Below, in pieces: positions 1-5,267 of a stretch of DNA of 5,267 nucleotides (position 1 is its first letter; every line of letters begins with the position of its first letter). Source of the DNA: Thecamonas trahens ATCC 50062 (taxonomy: Eukaryota; Protista; Apusomonadida). The DNA is taken from positions 1-5,267 of the forward strand of contig NW_013657569.1 of the NCBI RefSeq assembly GCF_000142905.1. The letters run 5' to 3'. The notes below the pieces were generated by a model. That model searched no databases, was not told where the DNA came from, and worked only from the letters and a program-made list of their open reading frames with translations. A program made the translations under genes and the position numbers.

Positions 1-112
1 AAGAGCTCGAATTGACTCCCTCAGCAGGCGAGGCGAGGTCAAGAGCGAGGGACGAGCAACGGCGAGGCAGCTCACTCACTCACGCCTACACTCGGACTTT
101 GGCGTCTTCGCC

Positions 113-2230
113 ATGGCAACTCGGCCCGAGCACCTCCGCGTCCGGCCGCCGGCCATTGTCCTGCCCGAACTTGACGGCGGTGCAGGTGATGAGAGAGGCG
201 CAGGAGCTAGTGGAGGCGCAGGAGCTAGTGGAGGCGCAGGAGCTAGTGGAGGCGCAGGAGCTGGCGGGAGCGATGGCGAACGTGGTGGAAGCGGGCAGAG
301 TGACTGGCGAGATGAAGAGATCGAGGAGATGCTGCGGGCACCGGCATCGCCAGACGTAGAGGCAAGGATGAAGAAGGCGCTGTACGCGCGGTATCCGCCG
401 GGGCGATCGTTTGCGGAGCAGTACGCGCTCGAGTCGCGAGTCAATGCCTCTGCTCGGCAGAACCGAGCCATCTACGCCGCGATTCGGCTGAAAGACGGAG
501 TGCAGGTGGCAGTGAAGGTCATTTCCAAGACATATCCTCGCCAGCTGGCTCGAGACGAGATCGATGCCCTCCGACGTGAGGCGCTTATCCAGATTGCCGT
601 CTCGCGCCACCCGCACTGCGTCACCCTCCTCGACTACTTTGAGACCAAGAAGAAGATATACATTGTGATGGAGTACATGGATGGTGGAGATCTGCTCGAC
701 TTTCTCGGCTCGCGCCCAGGCTCGCGGTTTACCGAGGGTGACGCCCGTGCACTGCTCGGCACCCTCGCCGGCACTCTCGCCTGGCTCCACGGCCACTCGA
801 TCTGTCACCGCGACCTCAAGCCGTCCAACGTGCTGCTGGTGTCGGTGCCCGAGGGCACCGATCTCGTCCGGCTCGTTGCTGGTGGATGCCTCGAGGGCTA
901 CGTCGTCAAGATCTCTGACTTTGGCCTCTCCACCTTTCTCACCTCGGCCATGACGACGCCGGTCGGGACGCGGTCGTTTGCCGCACCGGAGCTCCTTAAC
1001 TGGTCGGCAGCAGCGTCGCCGGTGGCCGGCTCGTCACCGCCAACATCATTGGGCAGGCGGCAGAGCTCGACGGCATACTCGGAGGCTGTCGACATCTGGT
1101 CGTTTGGCATCATCATGTACATTGTGCTCATCGGGACCATGCCGCCAACGCCGCTTGCCTTCCCGCCGTTCGCCACGGCCCCGGTTTCGAACGAGGCCAA
1201 GGCCCTCATCTCGGCGCTCATCCATCCGGACCCGGCTGAGCGGCCGAGCGCGGTGCAAATACTGTCCTCGCCCTGGCTCTCACGCCCGCTAGCGTGGCTG
1301 AACTCGCGCCCAGGCTCGCGGTCCGACGACGAGGGCGAGGCTTGTGACCGCGACGTCGCGCTCGTCGGTGACTACTCTGCCCTCGCTAGCGCGCCGTTTC
1401 TCGGCACTTCGCCGCCTTTCAACTCGCCAGACACATCAACCTCGTTCCCGCACGTCTCGTCGGCCAACTCGCTGACCTCGCTCGCCGAGTCGGTTGAGGC
1501 CGAGTCGATGACGCCGCTTGCCTCGGCGGCCATTCTGCACACTGCAGACTTTGGTGCGCTCAACTCGAACTTTGCGTCGGCGCTGACCGAGACCCGCGCC
1601 GAGGACGGCCACGTGCTGTACGTGGGATCGTGGCCGGCAACCCGCCCACTTCCAACCGCACTCTACCTTTTGGCCTTTGGCAACATTCCTCACACCGTTG
1701 TGCCAGCTGTGACACCGACCTCGCCCTCGCCGCCGAGCCTCGAGTTGCAATACTTTTCCATCACGCTCCGCGAGGCGTCTGCCATCGACCGGTTTATTGC
1801 CCGCCACACGGCCTCGCTCTACTCGGGTGGTATCGAGTCGCTGGCCATCATCGATGAGCTCTACGCTGCCGTCGCTGCCGCCGACGACGTTCTTCACGCC
1901 AGTTTGGTGGGCGGCGAGGCGACCGATATGTCGCTGGCTCGCCTCACCGACTTTTTCGCCGCCGTCGACGCCTACATTCCCGACGATGTTGCCACCCAGC
2001 CAATCCTTAGCGTCACGCACGGCTCGCGGCTGGCGCTACGGTCGCGGATCTCGCTCGCAGACGTCCGCCTCTACGCTTTTCTTGACTTTATCGCCCACTC
2101 GCCGCTCGTTGCCGCTGTCTTTGGCTCGAGCCTCCAAGAATTGCTCCCATCGTCGGTCAAGCACTTTGAGCGGCTTGTTGCACCGCTCTTTCCGCCTGTA
2201 TCGCTCCCAGACCCGTTTCCCGCAAGCTAG
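113..2230 (+). CDS. Ser/Thr protein kinase (CAMK-group-like) fused to a C-terminal degenerate GST-like domain, 705 aa
   Basis: Uninterrupted ORF with a strong Kozak context (GCCATGG). Kinase motifs: VAVK (K135, nt 515), alphaC Glu in LRREALI, IYIVMEYMDGGDL, HRDLKPSN (nt 806-829), DFG (917-925), GTRSFAAPE (APE 983-991), DIWSFGII (1091), and PAERPSAVQILSSPWL. The C-terminal ~190 aa carry GST-fold motifs. Confidence 0.93.
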   Translation: MATRPEHLRVRPPAIVLPELDGGAGDERGAGASGGAGASGGAGASGGAGAGGSDGERGGSGQSDWRDEEIEEMLRAPASPDVEARMKKALYARYPPGRSFAEQYALESRVNASARQNRAIYAAIRLKDGVQVAVKVISKTYPRQLARDEIDALRREALIQIAVSRHPHCVTLLDYFETKKKIYIVMEYMDGGDLLDFLGSRPGSRFTEGDARALLGTLAGTLAWLHGHSICHRDLKPSNVLLVSVPEGTDLVRLVAGGCLEGYVVKISDFGLSTFLTSAMTTPVGTRSFAAPELLNWSAAASPVAGSSPPTSLGRRQSSTAYSEAVDIWSFGIIMYIVLIGTMPPTPLAFPPFATAPVSNEAKALISALIHPDPAERPSAVQILSSPWLSRPLAWLNSRPGSRSDDEGEACDRDVALVGDYSALASAPFLGTSPPFNSPDTSTSFPHVSSANSLTSLAESVEAESMTPLASAAILHTADFGALNSNFASALTETRAEDGHVLYVGSWPATRPLPTALYLLAFGNIPHTVVPAVTPTSPSPPSLELQYFSITLREASAIDRFIARHTASLYSGGIESLAIIDELYAAVAAADDVLHASLVGGEATDMSLARLTDFFAAVDAYIPDDVATQPILSVTHGSRLALRSRISLADVRLYAFLDFIAHSPLVAAVFGSSLQELLPSSVKHFERLVAPLFPPVSLPDPFPAS
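195..262 (+). repeat. Perfect 18-bp coding tandem repeat (GAGGCGCAGGAGCTAGTG) x ~3.8, encoding GAGASG repeats
   Basis: Identical units at 195-212, 213-230 and 231-248, plus a 14-nt partial unit at 249-262, in the low-complexity N-terminal tail of the kinase. Confidence 0.97.
422..1279 (+). other. Protein kinase catalytic domain (approx. aa 104-389)
   Basis: Subdomains II-XI appear in the correct order. HPHCVTLLDYFETKKKIYIVMEYMDGGDL, HRDLKPSN and SNEAKALIS...HPDPAERPSAVQILSSPWL resemble CAMK-group kinases. Subdomain I lacks GxGxxG. Confidence 0.92.
709..1322 (+). repeat. Exact dispersed 20-bp direct repeat CTCGCGCCCAGGCTCGCGGT (copies at 709-728 and 1303-1322)
   Basis: The two copies are identical, 594 bp apart and in the same frame; both encode SRPGSR. 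Confidence 0.9.
1610..2176 (+). other. Degenerate glutathione S-transferase-like fold (GST_N + GST_C; approx. aa 500-688)
   Basis: Motifs occur in GST order: HVLYV (beta1), ALYLLAFGNIPHTVV (alpha1-beta2), PSLEL (cis-Pro + beta3), TLREASAIDRFIARH (cf. L-x-[EQ]S-x-AI-x-RYLAR), LY...SLAIIDEL (linker/alpha4), ISLADVRLYAFLDFI (N-capping box S-x-x-D/alpha6), and LPSSVKHFERL (cf. P-x-L-x-x-[WH]-x-x-R). Confidence 0.7.
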
Positions 2231-2231
2231 C

Positions 2232-3896
2232 CTACGCGAGCTGCTTCCTCGCCTGCTTAATCCGAAGCTCGAGCGGCGCCTGCCAGCCGTAGCCCGAGCA
2301 GGCTTCGGCGCGGTCGAGCCACTCGCGCGCGCCGGCCAAGTTCCCAGCGCTGTACGCCAGCTCAGCGAGCTCAAACTGTGCGTACGGCACCACGTGGCTA
2401 GCGTGTGCCGGCTCGGAGGAGGCAACTGTGCTTAGCCCCGCTGCCGCAGCCTCGAGCTCGCCGGCGTTGACCGCGACCGCCGCGCGGAGGAGGCCGGCGA
2501 TGAGTGCGGCGTCGCCATCGGCTTCGGCACTCGCGTCCTCAAGCCCGGCCGCGTACGTGGCGAGCACCACGCCGCGCATCGGCTTGAGCTCGCGCTTGAG
2601 ATATGTGATCTCAAAGGCGAGAAGCGCAAGGCCGGCCGGGCCGAGCTTGGCGCTCCGCGTCGCAGTCTCGCTCGCGAGCGCATCGAACCGCGAACTCTTG
2701 CACACGTAATTGGGCACGCGAGCGAGCGCGTCTGCGGCCTCGGCACTGCGGCCTGGCAGCTGCGCGAGCGCCGCCGCATAGCAGAGCGCGCACAGACCGC
2801 GAATCTCGAACGCAGTCCGGGAGCTCTTGCCCGACGCGCCCGACGGCGCGGTGGCGTCGAGCAACGCACTAAATAATTGCACCGCGTCGGCCCAGGCGCA
2901 GGCAGCAAAGGCGGCACTGGCAGCATCGGCCGCATACAAATGCGCGACAGGAATGCCCGCCGATGCTGCCAGTGCCGCCTCTGCCGCTGCGGCTGCCTCA
3001 CCCGGATTGCCGACCTTGCGGGCGAGCTGGCCGCGAAGCATGTGGAAAAGCGACGAGGTCGGCCAGTGGTGGAGCGCGAGGTCGAGCAAGCCGCGTGCGT
3101 CGTCGAGGATGTCCACGTTGGAGCCAAAGCCGCGCGGAAAGTAGAGGCTATTGGCAAGGAGGACGGCGAGCGCCCACGGCGCAGCAATCGACGCCTTTGG
3201 CCCGGCGTTGACCACCTTTCGTAAGCTCGCCAGCCCGGCATCGCGGTCGGCCTCGAACCCGATCAGCCGCAGTATCATCGACGCCATGCCCTTGGGCGCC
3301 AGCGCAATCAGAAAGTACATCAGCCCCAGCCCGTAGTCGAGCTGCAGCGAGAGTCCGGCACTCTCACCAACAACGTCTTCGTCGCGAAGTGCGCGAAAGC
3401 CGTGCCACGACTTGCGAAGCGCGTACAGGCCCTTGATCCGCCCCCCATGCTCAAGTGCATCAGAGCGGCATAAAGCCTCGCCTCGGCAGCCGCAAGCCGC
3501 GCATCGACCGAATCCCTGCCCACTGCCGCCGCCGCATCCAGCGCCTTGCTCAGTCGCTCGAGCGCCTCGTGCTTGTCGTCGACCGATCCGGTGATAAACG
3601 AGACCAGGACCGGGATCTGTGCCCTCACCAACGCCACCCTCGCCGCTACCTCGCCTAACTGGTCATCGCCCTCGCCCTCGCCCTCGCCCTCTCCAAGGCC
3701 AAGCCCATCCGTCATCGCCACATCGAGAGCAGCGGCAGCCTCGTCGAATCGGTTGTTCCACGCCAGCGCCATCGCGTCAGCCACGACCTACACAGCCACA
3801 GCGAAGGGAGGGGTGAGTTGTGGGACGGAAGAAAAGATCGAGTGAGGGGTCGTGAGGGGTGACAGAGCGGGCACATACTGCGTGTGTAGTGTGCAT
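2232..3896 (-). CDS. TTC39: TTC39/IML2-family tetratricopeptide-repeat protein; model join(complement 3879..3896, 2232..3787) with a 1-nt frameshift near 3441-3446; ~524 aa if corrected
   Basis: Family-like motifs: AMALAWNNRFDEA (N-terminus), AEARLYAALMHL, IKGLYALRKSW (3437-3405), DYGLGLMYFLIALAP, LRLIGFEADRDAGLASL (cf. GFxGDRxxGLxxL), WPTSSLFHMLRGQL, HVVPYAQFELAEL and SGYGWQAPLELRI. Track ORFs 3320..3784 and 2232..3320 are the two halves of this gene. Confidence 0.82.
3666..3691 (-). repeat. Coding hexanucleotide microsatellite, (TCGCCC)4 on the + strand, encoding a Gly-Glu repeat
   Basis: Four perfect units at 3666-3689 plus TC. It translates within GLGLGEGEGEGEGDD, an acidic loop of the TTC39-like protein. 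Confidence 0.9.
3788..3878 (-). other. 91-nt phase-0 spliceosomal intron in the TTC39-like gene
   Basis: Donor GCA|GTATGT at 3878, branch-like CTCAC at 3817-3813, a pyrimidine-rich stretch, and acceptor TGTAG|GTC at 3788. Splicing joins ATG CAC ACT ACA CAC GCA (ATG at 3896, A at -3) in frame to give MHTTHA-VVADAMALAWNNRF and removes an in-frame TAG. Confidence 0.8.
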
Positions 3897-4500
3897 CGTG
3901 GGCGTGTCGGGGGATCGGTGTGTATGGGGGGGGGCTGGTCGTCAACAACTACTGCTGATCGTGATCGAGATCAATGACGAAACGACCGAGTGACGTATGG
4001 TGGTGATCGAAGCGGAATGATGATTGCTGTCGTTCCACAGGAGAACTACGAGATGGTGGGCAAGGGGAGGGGGAGCAGCGTTGGCGGAGAACACTGGACA
4101 GCACGAGGTGCGGCATACGTCCTGCTGCATTAGTTATGCTGCTCTTCAAGCTGATCAGTCACGTCATCGACAGGAGATGCAAGATTGAGGATTCCTTGCG
4201 GAGTGTAAGACCTTTTTCGTCGATCCGGCGATTTCGTGTCGACGTCACCCGGCTCTGCCTTCTCACCACCATCCTGGCCTATCCTCACCCCCCCCATCCC
4301 TCCTCATGCATCTCACCCTAACTTTCTACCCCTCTGCTCCCTCCAAGTCAAACTCCTGCCCCATCCACGCTTCTCTATCGCTCAAACCGGTGCCCAGCAC
4401 TCTCGCCAAAACCGACCGCCCGTCGACAGCAAGGCGACTCGACTCGGCTGCCATCCTCCCGCCACCGCCAACCACCCGCCACCACCCTCTCTGACCACCC
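3897..4500. promoter_or_regulatory. Probable divergent (bidirectional) promoter / 5' region between the TTC39-like and eIF2B-epsilon genes
   Basis: It lies between head-to-head genes. The + strand switches from G-rich (left) to C-rich (right), and there are three TGACGT/ACGTCA cores (3991-3996, 4161-4166, 4242-4247). Transcription starts are not determinable. Confidence 0.5.
4136..4204 (+). CDS. Candidate (weak) first coding exon of eIF2B epsilon: MLLFKLISHVIDRRCKIEDSLRS
   Basis: ATG at 4136 and 23 codons followed by a good donor GTAAGA at 4205. A 400-nt phase-0 intron to the AG at 4603-4604 would be in frame. The peptide lacks the conserved LQAVxxxDS...RFxP motif, so support is only structural. 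Confidence 0.22.
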
Positions 4501-4504
4501 CACT

Positions 4505-4548
4505 CCCCCCCTTCACCCCGTCCCCGCCCCCCCCCCCCCCCTCCCCCC
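4505..4548. repeat. Poly-C tract cluster (C7, C4, C4, C15, C6); G-quadruplex-capable on the - strand
   Basis: Runs at 4505-4511, 4516-4519, 4522-4525, 4527-4541 and 4543-4548, separated by 1-4 nt. Confidence 0.9.
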
Positions 4549-4604
4549 ACACACACACACTCACTCACACACACACTCACACACTCACACACACTCTCTC
4601 ACAG
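4548..4604 (+). repeat. Interrupted (CA)n/CTCA microsatellite ending in a 3' splice acceptor (CTCTCTCACAG|)
   Basis: CA repeats are interrupted by CT and contain several CTCAC branch-like pentamers. The CAG at 4602-4604 falls exactly where eIF2B-epsilon homology begins. Confidence 0.85.
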
Positions 4605-5267
4605 TGCCTGCTGCCGCTCGTTAACACGCCCGTGCTCGACTACACCCTCGAGTTCCTGGCCTCCTCGGGAGTGAAGGAGATCTTTGTCTTCTGCTGTGCT
4701 CATCCCGAGCTCATCTCGGCCCATCTGGATGGCTCAAAGTGGACCAAGGCCTCGTCCAAGGTCACTGTTACCACCATCATCAACACTCAGTGCATCACTA
4801 TTGGTGATGCCCTGCGGGATATGGACTCCAGGGATGTCATCTCGGGCGACTTTGTCCTCGTGGCCGGCGACGTCGTCTCCAACCTCGACCTCCGCCCCGT
4901 CATCGCCGAGCATAAGAGGCGCCGGGAGGCCGACAAGGGCGCCATCATGACTTCGGTGTACAAAAAGGTGGCGCCGTCGCACCGTACCCGCTCGCTCAAC
5001 GATGACGTCATTGTCGGGCTCAACACAGAGACGTCCGAGGTGGTCTACTTCTCGTCCGAGGTCGAGTCGTCCAAGATTGATCTCGACGTCCGGCTCTTCA
5101 CCGAGGTGCCCAAACTCGAGCTCCGCCATGATCTGCTGGACACCTTTATCGACATCTGCGCACCCGAGGTGCTCATGCTGTTTTCGGACAACTTTGACTA
5201 CTCGGACTTGCGCTCCGACTTTGTGCGCGGCATTCTCGGCGCCGAGATTCTCGGCAACAAGGTCTTT
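4605..5267 (+). CDS. EIF2B5: Translation initiation factor eIF2B epsilon subunit (GCD6/EIF2B5), internal exon, 3'-truncated by the window edge
   Basis: 221 stop-free codons, absent from the ORF track, presumably because no stop is reached: CLLPLVNTPVLDYTLEFLASSGVKEIFVFCCAH...SKW...IGDALRDMDSRDVISGDFVLVAGDVVSNLDL...EHKRRREADKGAIMT...ELRHDLLDTFIDICAPEVLMLFSDNFDYSDLRSDFVRGILGAEILGNKVF. It includes the epsilon-specific NF motif (NFD at 5190-5198). Confidence 0.96.

Noticed and set aside
195-262. Possible CRISPR-like array
   Set aside because: The units are directly adjacent with no spacers, lie in frame within a eukaryotic CDS, and no cas genes are present.
1547-1555. Second DFG tripeptide (HTADFGAL) in the linker, suggesting a second kinase remnant
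   Set aside because: No accompanying HRD, VAIK or APE motifs at suitable spacing; probably chance.
12-2435. Overlapping alternative-frame and antisense ORFs over the kinase gene (e.g. 12..359, 76..471, 86..808, 1436..2020, 1797..2435)
   Set aside because: No recognisable motifs. They are the expected shadows of GC-rich codon usage and of the stop-free 18-bp repeat, and several depend on non-ATG starts.
3318-3322. TGATG stop-start overlap between track ORFs 3320..3784 and 2232..3320, resembling translational coupling or termination-reinitiation
   Set aside because: It arises from CTG ATG (Leu-Met) in the true frame. Conserved TTC39-like sequence continues ~40 codons upstream of this ATG in the downstream frame, so this is one frameshifted gene and not two coupled genes.
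2428-3845. Multiple Ala/Arg/Ser-rich ORFs overlapping the TTC39-like gene (e.g. 2432..3241, 2827..3144, 3546..3845)
   Set aside because: Low-complexity shadow frames of a very GC-rich, Ala-rich coding sequence.
4318-4391. CTAAC branch-like site with AAG acceptor at 4345-4347 and a possible mini-exon SNSCPIHASLSLKP before a GT at 4390
   Set aside because: The donor GTGCCC is poor and the similarity to the eIF2B-epsilon N-terminus is negligible; unsupported without transcripts.
3942-4592. Short intergenic ORFs (3942..4130, 3949..4149, 4306..4494, 4326..4592, 4382..4564)
   Set aside because: They are translations of skewed, low-complexity or microsatellite DNA with no protein-like features.
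4684-5129. Track ORFs 4684..4950 (+), 4734..5129 (-) and 4787..5026 (-)
   Set aside because: Off-frame or antisense shadows of the eIF2B-epsilon exon, whose real frame starts at 4605.
113-5267. Idea that the three genes form a functional cluster (stress kinase plus eIF2B translation control)
   Set aside because: The kinase is CAMK-like rather than an eIF2-alpha kinase, and adjacency in a compact eukaryotic genome is not evidence of shared function without conserved synteny.

Overview
GC-rich, gene-dense eukaryotic DNA. Evidence: a spliceosomal GT-AG intron, Kozak-type starts and a eukaryote-specific eIF2B subunit. It looks like a compact protist genome, but the organism cannot be identified from the sequence. 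There are three genes. (1) 113..2230 (+) is an intronless 705-aa protein joining a CAMK-like Ser/Thr kinase domain, which lacks the Gly-rich loop, to a degenerate C-terminal glutathione S-transferase (GST)-like fold. (2) 2232..3896 (-) is a TTC39/IML2-family TPR protein gene with an 18-nt first exon, a 91-nt intron and an apparent 1-nt frameshift at a G6 run; its stop codon lies 1 bp from the kinase stop. (3) From 4605 (+) to the window edge is a large exon of translation initiation factor eIF2B epsilon, which the ORF track missed; its conserved first coding segment cannot be found upstream. The most novel-looking element is the kinase-GST-fold fusion. All family calls come from motif recognition by eye, not from database searches.
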